Shown here piece by piece: positions 52,687 through 63,600 of a stretch of DNA of 64,000 nt. Source of the stretch: Phoronis australis (Eukaryota > Animalia > Phoronida); assembly GCA_002633005.1 (NCBI GenBank), contig NMRA01000091.1, forward strand, positions 983,147 to 1,047,146, in the 5' to 3' direction. Positions within the stretch are counted from its first letter, which is position 1. Each line of letters begins with the position of its first letter. A model generated the notes under the pieces. That model was not told the DNA's origin. It did no database searches and saw only the letters and a program-made list of their open reading frames with translations. The translations under genes were made by a program, and so were the position numbers.

Positions 52687-53137
52687 AGCGATGACGTCAG
52701 AAAGAGTGAAAATAGAATACTTAAATGAGCACGCGCGATAGTCCCATGTTCAACAAACCACATTGTACTGTACTAAAACGCTACGAAAAATAAGACACAT
52801 AATTTCCATAAAAATGATATCTTAATTCAGTAAAATTTTTCTCTCATCTATCTTCAGTTTGAATGCGGGTATCGTGTCGTCAGGATGTTTGACTTGAGAA
52901 TTATACTCGGGAACCCAATGGTCGTCCGTCTAAGCATAAAACCGACTTATTGTGATACTCACCCAATTATTCCACTTCAAAGTTATGCTCTGCAGAGAAC
53001 TTGATTTGTCTCTCACTAATCCATAGTATTAGTTGATTCAAAAGTTTTCCTTTACTTATGCCCCTCGGGCGATAATTCTCCAAAATCCACTCGGGCTCTA
53101 GATGGGGGGATAACGGCTTTACCATGTAATAATCTAT

Positions 53138-53520
53138 ATTTACCGTATTAATCGGTCTATCTCCACATCATCTCTTACCTCGCTGAGAGGTGTCGTGGTA
53201 ACCTGTGAGGCAGGTGAGAAACGTCGCAGCAACGTCAGTGCTACTTTTGCAAAGTGTTTACCGTTATGGTGTGATGGAGTGTCATTTCAGCTTGTGCAAA
53301 AAATAAAGCAGCGAGGAAAGCGGGTGTATCTTTTTTTTCGATTTTGGAAAATGAAAAGTAAGCCTTTAATACCAAGTATGCGGCAATGAAATATGTCTGT
53401 GTCTGTGGCCGGCATTTCGTCGACAGTGATTTCCAAAACAGCTCATGCCAGGGCAGAAACAGAGACCCAGGCTGAAGTCAGATGCTGTGTCTAGTGTACG
53501 TTTGCATTCAGCAGGCAAGA
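53138..53520 (+). mobile_element. Degenerate THAP-containing transposon 5' end, homologous to 3690-4075 (inverted)
   Basis: Nucleotide match of gagaggtgtcg...ggtgagaaa to the reverse complement of 3961-4030; peptide KAGVSFF...VCGRHFVDSDF...RLKSDAV. Confidence 0.75.
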
Positions 53521-53999
53521 GAAAAAAGGAATGCCGATCGGTTTTGATCAGTTTTTGATTACGGAGCATTCTAGTTGGCCACGGAAACTTAAAAATACAA
53601 TGATCAAATCAAGGCATGATAAAATAGCGTTTTATGTAACCTATTTGATGACTCACTCGTTCGTCAGGCTTCTGTTTGGCCCTCTGGTGTAGAATGTTTT
53701 TGCCAGTTCTTTCCCCCAGTCATAAAAAACGTTGTGAACACACCTCTGTTGCAGCGCCAAATCGGGATAGCCCGCGAGACACGTCTGCGCTTATCCAACA
53801 GGGCTCGCCGACACAAAAATCGCCAGGTCGCAGTTTGCAACCTAGATTAAATGTCAGGTCGCATTTTCAAAATCCAGCTTGCATTCATAAATGCCAGGTC
53901 TTAAAATTTAATTCGTTCATGCTGATGCGGCGTTACTGTTTCTCATGAATGCCATTGCAAGGCCCTACGTGAAATTTGAATCAGCGCTCTCTAACTGAC

Positions 54000-54116
54000 C
54001 ATGGGCGGCGCACTTTTTTCAGTGTTACCCATCACATGGTGTATCTATAGACGGTGCACCACAGAGGGACTGATGTGGCTTTAGATCCCCACTTTTTCAG
54101 TGCTGCGCCGCCGATG
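54000..54116. mobile_element. 117-bp MITE with 5-bp TSD CTGAC
   Basis: Termini CATGGGCGGCGCA / TGCGCCGCCGATG; CTGAC at 53995-53999 and 54117-54121. Confidence 0.8.
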
Positions 54117-55602
54117 CTGACACGTGCATTCGAGTAACTAAGTTTGCGATGTGAAAAAAATGCCTGTTGAAAAAGTATAATCAATTTTTCTAGGTCTGAC
54201 CTGATATATACTGTAGTTGTCATCAAGTTCGCTAAAGATCAAAACCAACTCGCAGTGTAAACTCTCTATTTTTTGTTTTCATCCCAGAAAAACTAGAACC
54301 GATGCCCTAACCGAATGACATATTTGGATGCGCGGGGACAATGCAGGGCAAATTTCACTACAAGACGTAGTACTTATGCTGTTTGCTTACTCAACAACTA
54401 ATTTTCCGTAACAATAATACATGCAGCTTTGAAATAATTCCCGACTCCGTGCGGGTTTCCATCAGGAAATTCGAGTTTGCTCCTCAATATACCTTCAGGT
54501 CAGTCATAAAGCGGCGAGCATGTCACCAGTGTTAACTTTCTTTCGTAGGTACATATATAAAACAAGGCCGGGGTTCGGATTTTACATATTGAGAAAAAAC
54601 GTTTCTTGAAATCTGAATTTGTTGACACGTAAAATTACTGTGACTCAGCTACGTAGACTGCTGACAATTCCAAACCACGCGCGGTCGTTTGTAGTGCGCA
54701 ACATGCACGGGATAATCTCGAATAACTCGAGGAAGATAGTTCATAAAATTAAGGCTCGTTTCCAATAGCTGGTTTTCCCCAGAACGCATAGCAATCGCTA
54801 AAGTTTGGCAAACCAAAATACATTGAGAAACTGGAAGCCATAGGGCTACTTTATATTCCATCTGAGGTCAACAAATTTTAAAATGTTTTGAGTAATGTTG
54901 AAGCCACAAGCTCTATGGCCCATCTGGAAAGAAATACGAGACGTAGCGTGTGAATAATGAAATTGAAGAAAAAGAAAAACTGGACAAATCAATGTACGCT
55001 TGGTTTGATACAGTACTAAAACAAGTGCGCGTCCTCCGTTTGTAAATGATAGAGTTACTGCAACAGTTTCGCGCCACTTCAAGTTTCTTAGGTGACTCTT
55101 CTTTTAGGTTTGTTCCATTGCGTCAATCATGTTTTAGATTCGTCCTCACGGACTTTCTTTAGGGCTATAAAATGCTGTGCACTAATAGTTTTGGCGAGCT
55201 GTCTGGTGTGTGAAACCCGCTCCAGCTCCAAGTTCTCGATCATGGTAAGTGACGTGTGGTAAGTGTCCTATTTTCTACTAAAGTCTAAAGTTGTTCAATA
55301 GTTTTCGACAAATTCTTTTCCGTCACCCCTGCTTGTAATTTATGACAGCAATAATAACATAATCAACTCTCCTTTAATCAACGCTTCTTTAATACTCAAA
55401 CTTCAAAACATAACAACTGAGCGCCTATCTGTCAGGTCGACACCGGCGTCCATTCACAACACGCAAAACACAACGCTGCATACGACCCTACAGCCACACA
55501 TGCTGTGACTTGCCCTTGTTTTGATGGTACTTCGGCCCCTGTCGTTGTGCTCCATATAGATTTCGCTTATGCATGTTTATCTAACTGTTGTTTGCATCTC
55601 AG

Positions 55603-55725
55603 GTTTCGACGTGGACGAGGCTAAGTGCATCTCCATGGCCAAAACGTGGGGCTGTACGTCTGTAAACAAGGGATGGATGAAAAAAAACTGCGCTAAAACA
55701 TGCAAAACCTGTGGAAGCAACAAGG
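55603..55725 (+). CDS. ShK gene exon 13 (type B3): (C)FDVDEAKCISMAKTWGCTSVNKGWMKKNCAKTCKTCGSNK
   Basis: Acceptor tttgcatctcag at 55602, donor G|gtaagt at 55726, 123 nt; split codon T|GT across a 15.7-kb intron. Confidence 0.88.
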
Positions 55726-56871
55726 GTAAGTTTACATTGCAACAAGGACTGGGCTACAATATTTTCACCACGCGATTGTGTACGGGTATCGACTTCACGT
55801 ATGGTTAGACTTTTATCTCCAGGCATTTGGTATTTAAAAAAGTGTCCAAACGTGAATTTGTACATTTTTGCAATAGAGCACTTACATGCCTTGTGCTTAG
55901 AGGAACAGTCCATATCAAAACACCAAAAACAATACCGCCAGTCATTCAACGTTTAAATCAGAACATCAGCAAATATTATATGACGTCGACATTAGGAGAT
56001 TGCGTGGAACACAGGTCTAAACGCCGTACTTTCGTTTGGGAGACCGGGCTCAGATTCGACCTTAATGTAAAAAAGCTTGAAAAAACGTGATGAATTATGT
56101 AGATTATTAATTATGCTTTTTTGGAAAACCAGGTGCTTTTAATTACACTTGCCATGTTTTTTTTCCGATTCCACTTCTAAGTATTAGTAACATGCAACGC
56201 TCACATATTTAAAGATTCTCCATAAATTTCTACTTCGGAGCATTAAAATCCGTGTTTTCATGGCTTACTAAATACTAAGCATATATTTTTGCAGCATCAG
56301 CCCTTATTACATATACCCACGTGTAGAAAATTCCTAAACACGCTTTGTTATTTTTTATTTCACTGTAAACGAGGACTTGTTTGGTGAAATTTCAATGTCA
56401 ATTTTCATAGTCTTCATCCACGGTGCCATTTCTAGTTTTACAATTATTCACATCGTGTTATAAAAAGTAGTTTCATACTTTTGTCAGCATTTTCCCCAAC
56501 CTAAATTTCAGACAAAAGTAGGACATCCAATTTATCAGCATATATTCTTCCATGGCCATAGGATATACATGTATAACAGCGTGGTGTTGTAACGCGACGG
56601 TACCAAATGCGAACTACATGTACCTACGACTGAAGGATCATTTATGCATACCGTAAAAAGCGTGGAAAATCTTATCGAAAGGCGTCAGTAGTCGAGAACA
56701 CATATGTACAAGGCACCTGATGGACAGACGAGTAGGTTTTCACGGAGAAAGTAAACGCATGAAAAGTATTTTATATTGTTATCATTTCTCATATACTTAC
56801 TATAGGAAGCTATTATAATGATTTATTTTGCACCAAACCTTATATACGGTAACATTTTCTGACTTCGACAG

Positions 56872-57099
56872 AGAACGTTGCGATGGCTCCAATGCAGATG
56901 CCCATCAGATCAGAGTCTAAAGAGCAACAGGCAACTGTGGCTACGGAGACTTACGATAATTGCTTCCACGTGTCTAACATACTCCGACTTCAAAATTCCT
57001 ACAACCCCGACTATCACTGCAAAAAGCGGGCGGCAAATGGTGGTTGTGATACGAGATTCATGCAGAAGAAATGCGCCAAGACATGTACCTGCGAGACGT
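56872..57099 (+). CDS. ShK gene exon 14 (type A4): ENVAMAPMQMPIRSESKEQQATVATETYDNCFHVSNILRLQNSYNPDYHCKKRAANGGCDTRFMQKKCAKTCTCET
   Basis: Acceptor ttttctgacttcgacag at 56871, donor T|gtaagt at 57100, 228 nt. Confidence 0.88.
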
Positions 57100-57919
57100 G
57101 TAAGTTTTGTCATTGAGTTACCTTAAGACGAAACACAGTGTATCAGAAATGTCCGCTGCGTATGCCTCAGCGAACAGTTTTGGATACCTCTGTTTCCATC
57201 AGCTTGCAACACAGTACTTTTGAAATAAACTAGATAAGCTTATACGAAGAACACGCACGACCCTTCGCCAAACTGGGACATATACCTTTGCAGCAGTTAT
57301 TATTAACTGAAGTTTCATAGTAATGAAACGGCGTTTCTTGTGTCGGAATGGGAGAGCATGGTTGCTTGAGGCACTTTTTCACCCATAGCCCACGTGACGA
57401 TGGGTTGTGAATCTGGGGTATAGTGTACTTATCTCCTAACGATACTGAAGACCAATGACATACAAGGTTATTATATTCAAATCAAGCCAAACATTTTTCT
57501 TGATGTGGTTAAAAAGATCTATCGAGTGGCCCAGATCACCTACACGTGGAAGATAGTTCAACAATCCGCCATGGAGAGTAGGATTCACAGTTTCTTTCAC
57601 GTTTGGGTATCGTGTATGAGTGTTAAAAGTAGCTGTACATACATAGCATCTGCAATAAATCTCTCGTACTTTGTATGCCTGGCACGAATCATAAAAAGCT
57701 AACGATATTATACAATGACTTTTTAAATGCATGATAATTAAATTAATAACTAACAAATGGGACAGATAAACGATCCATGGCTCAAGTCACCATATACCAA
57801 ATGGCTTAACTGTTCTTAACTAAAACAATTTTGTTTATAATCTGAGCTGTCACTACAGTTATTGTTTTACGTGGTTTGTCTCAACTTTGGTCGTCGTTAG
57901 CGTCTGTTTAGAAGTCGGT

Positions 57920-58640
57920 CACCATCCCGCACGGATCTGCGTACCCGGATGTATCGTATCACGCCCACTTTGGATATACCATTACATCCCTTTTCGTGGG
58001 ATGACACACATCACCGTGCTTGGCGCGTCCGTGAGAAGAACGCAGTGTTACCCGTCTAAGTAACGTACAAGGCAGCGGAGGATTAGTGGGTGTGTGACAC
58101 GTCTTTTCTGTCGTCGGATTAGAAGATTTATGCACGAGAAGGTAATAAGAATCCTGCAAAACAACGGTTGTCGCTGTCGATTGCTGCCGGTGTCCCGAAA
58201 TGGGCGTTTTTGAATCGAAATACCTCCCGAGGTGTTCTCTCTACAGTGCCTCGAGGCCCTTCAACTACATTCACCCGTGCCTCTGAACGTACATGTACCC
58301 TCAGACCGTGCATATCCGGGAAGTAGCAGTTATTCACGCGTCCTCTCGTAATGTCGCCAGCTCAGAGGCGTTAAGCAGCCCTGCAGCGATCTTTAAAATT
58401 GGGTCAGTGAAAACAGGCCCAGTTCGTTACACAATGAGGAGGACAGTTGTCTAGTGAACAGGCAAGTGAGCTCAACTTTGATAAGTTTATTGTAGAGCTA
58501 ACTAAAGTATCGGGGATAGATGTATTTTAAGGTACCATGTGAGTAGGTAGAATGTGAGTTGTGCGGGTACTCAAGTCACCATCCAGTGCGACTGCGTCTC
58601 GGGACACTCGGGCAAGTGGGCAGTTGTTCCTCCGTCCATT
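57920..58640 (+). pseudogene. Heavily decayed copy of the THAP/Kolobok 5' region at 34073-34850
   Basis: Colinear nucleotide matches such as gaagaacgcag(c/t)gttacccgtc, tcacccgtgcctc(c/t)gaacgtac, aactttgataagtttattgt and ggcaagtggg. Confidence 0.8.
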
Positions 58641-58699
58641 TGATGTGTTTCAGTCAGTGATGAACGTCGGGGAAGTATTTTTTACAACATGACGTAATA

Positions 58700-59400
58700 A
58701 TACTAGCAAACGGTTAGGTTCACCGGCCAGTTCTCTGGACGACGAACTGACCTCCTCAGTGGGTAAGTGGACCACCAGTTTTCAATCCCAGTATTCAACA
58801 TCATTTCAGAGCTGCTTACAAGCTTTAGGCCAGAAACAACACCACCACTGGGTAAATCACTGCTTGTTCCTGGGATTGCAGGCTCTGGACTACATTCAGA
58901 GGAACTGGTGACAGTAGCAGTATGTCCTCAAATCACTGTAGAGGCCACAGTTCGTGAGGTTTCTTGCTTCAAAATTGCTCTTCTCGGATTTGGCGACGGA
59001 GCACTGTCGGTAATCAACTGCTACGGTTTTGTTTCGCAGGAACCTTCATCACTTCTACGTAGACATCTCTTTTGTGATCCAATGGCAGAAAATGCTTCCA
59101 CGCACTCGGTAATTCTCCATTTCTTTGCACGTTGTGTGAACAGGTAACAGTGCGTTTTTCACACGAATGAGCCAAGTACGGCGGAGTTTGTCATCCATCG
59201 GAAAGTAATGTAATAGAATACCCAGAGCACGTGTTACATGTAGTCTACAAGGTGTACATCCCGGTACACAGCACCCGTTCGGTATTTTCACTAACCCATA
59301 AAACAACGCAAACGACTTACCACACCCGTCGGTAATGACTGGCTCCACAACAAACGCAGTCGGACTAGATAAAGCCCAGATCCTAAGGTTATAAAACCCT
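58700..59400 (-). pseudogene. Inverted THAP/Kolobok 5' region of the same family
   Basis: ORF 59055..59348: GCCVPGCT...TRALGILLHYFPMDDKLRRTWLIRVKNALLPVH, clearly paralogous to the ORF at 34073. Confidence 0.82.
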
Positions 59401-60178
59401 TAAATGTCGCTTCCTCAACAGGGCATGACTAATTAATTGACCTATCGCCAGTATTTTGAGTGACGGCTTAACTGACCATTTAGTACGCAGCATTATTGGC
59501 ACACCTTCGTTTCCAAGCCGCCATTTTACCCGACAAACAACATGTTGCCGGGTAAAACTTATTGTCTGGTACTCTATACTACGCAAGGGGGGCGGAGCTT
59601 GCGATTGGTCAATTATATGGGAAGCCGTAACTAACTGAAAAATATGCCCGGGATCGATAATTAACGAGTCGTACTTTTACTAAAAAATGACATGACAAGT
59701 TTGCTTTCTCTTTTAATCGTTTAGTGAAGCAATGACTCTGTGTAGTAAAGATTGGTGACGAGTCTGACATTATACATGTAGATGTAGCAACACCAGTAGA
59801 TCAAGGAAAAATTAACATGCATTCTTGGTATTGACTTCCTGATTCTAGTATAGACCAACTGGCTATTTAGTCACGGGCTTGGCGTCGGAAATTTGTCGAA
59901 TGTCGATCTTTGGTAGTTGATTTTGAAAATTCATTTACCTTTGTAATGTTCCGTGAGGTACAGTAATAAAACACATACCATTGAAACAGTTTCATAACAA
60001 ACACGTAGACTCAAGTTGTGGACGCCTGATGTTTCTGATAGACAATTGTTTAAACGCTTGGACGCTAATAAGTTTCAGGACAAGTGTCTGGGTCGTTGTT
60101 CTTGACCAGAACATTGTCAAAATTCACGAAGGTTTTCACTTCATGCCACTTGTTGCATCGAGGTTTTACTTCATTCTG

Positions 60179-60287
60179 ATGGAGCCGGGCGACCTGTCTT
60201 ATGGAGCCGGGCGACCTGTCTTATGGAGCTGGGCGACCTGTCTTATGGAGACGGGCGACCTGTCTTATGAGCCGGGCGACCTGTCTT
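60179..60287. repeat. 22-bp tandem repeat x5
   Basis: ATGGAGCCGGGCGACCTGTCTT repeated head-to-tail with no spacers. Confidence 0.92.
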
Positions 60288-61808
60288 AGGCCTTCTTAAT
60301 CCAATCACGCAACGTTAATTAGTAGTTGGTGTTTGTATAAGCTGTTAGCAATAGCAAATTTGTAACGAATATTTAAACGTTTAAGTCTCGTCAAGTACGT
60401 ACTTTCCGAAGTTCAGTCGGTATTGAATACTTCCCCCGTTTCACGTATCTAATATACGAAAGTAGCTTTGACAATTTATTAAATCTGAGCTAACACCATT
60501 GTATTTGGATTTGCAACTCTTTAAAGTGACATAGAGCGTGATAGACAAAAGCATGATTATTCAAAGTAATCCTCTGCCACTGAAACAACGTGCACAAGGT
60601 AGTTTAACGATTTGTTAAGACAATTTTGATTAAATGTTCATTACAAAACATGTCATTTTGCTTTAAAATATCAAAATGAAAACGATTTGTTCACTGCTTG
60701 TCACTTCATCGATTTTTTTCCCAAACGACAAAGCACCTCTCCTTAGTTTGTATGGTAAAACACAGGCGTATATCATTTCACTCACATGGAAAACGTGACA
60801 CTTTTTTGTTTGATATGACCAAAGTAATGGTGATTCCAAGCAGCATCGAGTCTGATTTATAAGTTATTGGTGAGGGTGGAGAATTCGAAAATTTTATTAG
60901 GATGACAGAATTTTTTTTTTTTGCAAAGGCCGTAGAGAACATATGGGCCACGTTACATTTTTGCCTTCGGGCTTCCATGTTTAAATAAGATTGTCCGTAA
61001 TTGAGTTACCCAATCACAGTTTTTTTACACGAGTGACGCTGGGCGCTCTCCATCAGTCATAATGTATTTGCAAAAACCTGGCTTTTACTGGTAACTGGCT
61101 GATGACGACTGCTGGAAACCGTCGTATTGGTAACGTTGGGTTTGGGTACAAATCTCGGTGAAAAAAATCGTCTATGATATAAAAGTGCTAAGAAGTCAGT
61201 CGTTTTTCTCTGATAGCGAACGGGATTTTAGGTAGACTGGCTTGTGATTATTTCACGTACCCGCAGGTTTGCTAGTTGACATTGATTATTTCTAATCTTT
61301 CCATTTGCTTTCACGAACAATTACAACAACTTAACATCTTTTACCACGAACAAAGGAAGGTACTGTTCCTGTTATTCTTAATACCACTTGATTATTGTGG
61401 ATTGTCTAAGAAAAATCAACCTCAGAATTCATACAATATTTTAACAAAGCCAAACTGAAGCTGAACTTCCAAGAAACATTGAGTTATGCATACTTGAACG
61501 ATCTTTTAAGATACATCCGCAATCAAATCCAACGTTCTGAACATACGTGAAATCATCTGTTTTCACAATATTTCACTTCGGGTGACAAAGCTGAACGGAA
61601 ATATGAAAGTCAACATAGTGATGTAGTAAATAAAGCATGGCGGCCCTAAAGCGTATAACACGTAGCCGAAGCTATTGTGGCTTGATGCCTGATTATTCAG
61701 TACAGATAGCGGCTGGAGACGAAAGCACAAGTTCTAAACATAAATTCTTGAACGTTTCAACGTGACATTGAGCAAAAAGTTGATGCTCGGTGTATTTCTG
61801 ATTTAAAG

Positions 61809-61952
61809 GTTTTGATGTTGTTGAGAGCGAATGTATTAAAGCAAGAGGGGAGGGCCGCTGTGATACTTCAGACCCCAATTACGGATGGATGAAAAGACAT
61901 TGTGCACTAACCTGCGGACTGTGTCACCCCAAGGCTTTGTTCCTACTTCCAG
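61809..61952 (+). CDS. ShK gene exon 15 (type B4): (C)FDVVESECIKARGEGRCDTSDPNYGWMKRHCALTCGLCHPKALFLLP
   Basis: Acceptor tttctgatttaaag at 61808, donor G|gtaagc at 61953, 144 nt; split codon T|GT. The gene continues past this exon. Confidence 0.87.
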
Positions 61953-62519
61953 GTAAGCTTGGTCGGGGAGGGGGTGTTGACTGCTGTACATTCAGGCTCT
62001 TCTGGGCTCACGAATGACTGTTCTTGATAGTCCGAAAATAAATTTTAGTGAGCCTGGTTAGATGCTTAACTTTATTGCACTTCCGCGGGATTGGTTTCGA
62101 ACCAAAAAGATTAGTTATAAATTGATCACTTTCACCTCAGTTTGCAAACAGGCGAATTGAGCAATTTTTTGTTTATTTTTTGGGATGTTATGCCTGTAAA
62201 GAGCCGCGTTGCCTACTGTAAATGTAATACTAAAAATCAGTTTTTCCCAGAGTTTAATTGATAAGTCATCGGACACTGAATTCTAACTAGATTAGCTTTA
62301 AATTGTCGAATGACACTTGACTCGTTCTTGCATAACTTTCTTGTTCATTAAAACGGATGGAGTTGTCATAGGTTGAATGCTTAAGTTCGTTGTCCCAGAC
62401 ACAAATTACAACATTAGGAGGATGTCCTAAAAATATGACTAGCACAGCGTGTGTCAGACCGAAGATGGACAATTTCCCAAAATTAAAAACACCGAGAACT
62501 TACCATAATGACCATGACA

Positions 62520-63600
62520 CAGAGCGGTGTCGCAAAAAGCGATCCACCTTTTAACAAGTAATTTCTCAGCAAACTGCTGACTAAATTTATTTCAAATTTC
62601 TTGCATGTGAACCTTAGGACAAATGTGCAAAATATTAGGATGTGCGCCCAATTCAGTGTGAGAGTACAGCCAAACTAGAAACGTCAGGTCAAAAATATTA
62701 TATTAAAGGAAACTTCTCTTTACTTCAGTCTATGCTCGATGAGGCCCCCGTCTTCCTCCACCACTAGAGCATAGCCGTTTGTTCCAACCAGAAACACCGT
62801 TTCGTTTTCTTCTTCGAATTTTTCTCCAATCTCTTTTCAATCCTGCTTAGTCAGTTTGTCTCCATCCCTGGTAATTGTTCTCCTTCAGAGAGTCACATAT
62901 GGCATTATATACTAAAGGACTCTGCAGTCAGCATTGAGCTGAAACCAGGCATTCTTTATGGTAAATTTTGGTATGTTCTCCGTCAGATGACTCTAGGTTA
63001 TCATTTCGCTCCTGTTTGAAGGAGCCTTATCTTGCTGAAGCACGTAATTGTTCCCAGGTTAAAGTGGCCTGCAACCCGAGATAAGATTTTCATTCGATAA
63101 CTGCTTGTACGTGTGCAGGTGGCGTTGGCTGGCTCTGTCAGTGTCAATAAAGTGATTGTTTTTCTTCCCAGAATAATCTATAACTTCGTGGAAAATCCAG
63201 TTGTCTTGTGATAGAGTCGAGAGAGGCTGAATTTCTTGATTTTGTTTCCCAGAAACGCGATCTCATTTGCGATTTTAGTGATTTCTAGAGTAAAGTCTAT
63301 TTGTTCAATAAATGCCTTTCACACCAATGGCTGAACTTCGGCCATGCAAGTATTGGCATCGAGTTCTTTAGGCCTATTTCTTTGTAACATTTCGATCTCT
63401 CCATGATACACGCACTCTTTTGAAGGATTTTTTCTCCATTTTTTGCCAAACTTCGCACAAAAGAGTTGCTGACTTGTAAATCACTTGCACCGGCCTTCTG
63501 TCAGAGATTTGTGATTCCATGGGCTTTCCGCCTCGGATTGAATAAGTTCCTTAACACGATCTTCCATTTATTCGAACATGCGTCTTGGGTCTCATACTTT
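62520..63600 (-). mobile_element. Decayed Tc1/mariner-superfamily transposase with a TIR-like end
   Basis: Minus-strand remnants DFTLE, NYVLQQDKAPS and C-terminal LVVEEDGGLIEHRLK*; CAGAGCGGTGTCGCAAAAAG at 62520 resembles a mariner-type TIR. Confidence 0.65.

Larger units (their letters stand above)
8580..61952 (+). other. Multi-exon gene (partial, 5' and 3' ends not found) encoding a protein with at least 17 tandem ShK/ShKT-like domains; join(8580..8711,9212..9563,13848..14108,17414..17554,17871..18017,26148..26304,27167..27303,29018..29200,31050..31181,31751..31948,37705..37836,39712..39921,55603..55725,56872..57099,61809..61952)
   Basis: Fifteen Cys-rich segments, each bounded by AG and GT, have compatible phases (all phase 1 except one phase-2 intron between exons 6 and 7). 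They join into a stop-free frame once the 88-nt duplication at the N at 9420 is removed. Each domain has six Cys and typically a W/Y-x-x-x-G-x-C...(W)M-x-x-x-C-x-K/R-T/A/S-C-x(1-4)-C pattern. Confidence 0.88.

Noticed and set aside
60179-60287. Short direct repeats as a possible CRISPR array (also 18391-18885 and 25130-25430)
   Set aside because: Repeats are contiguous with no unique spacers, there are no cas genes, and the context is eukaryotic.
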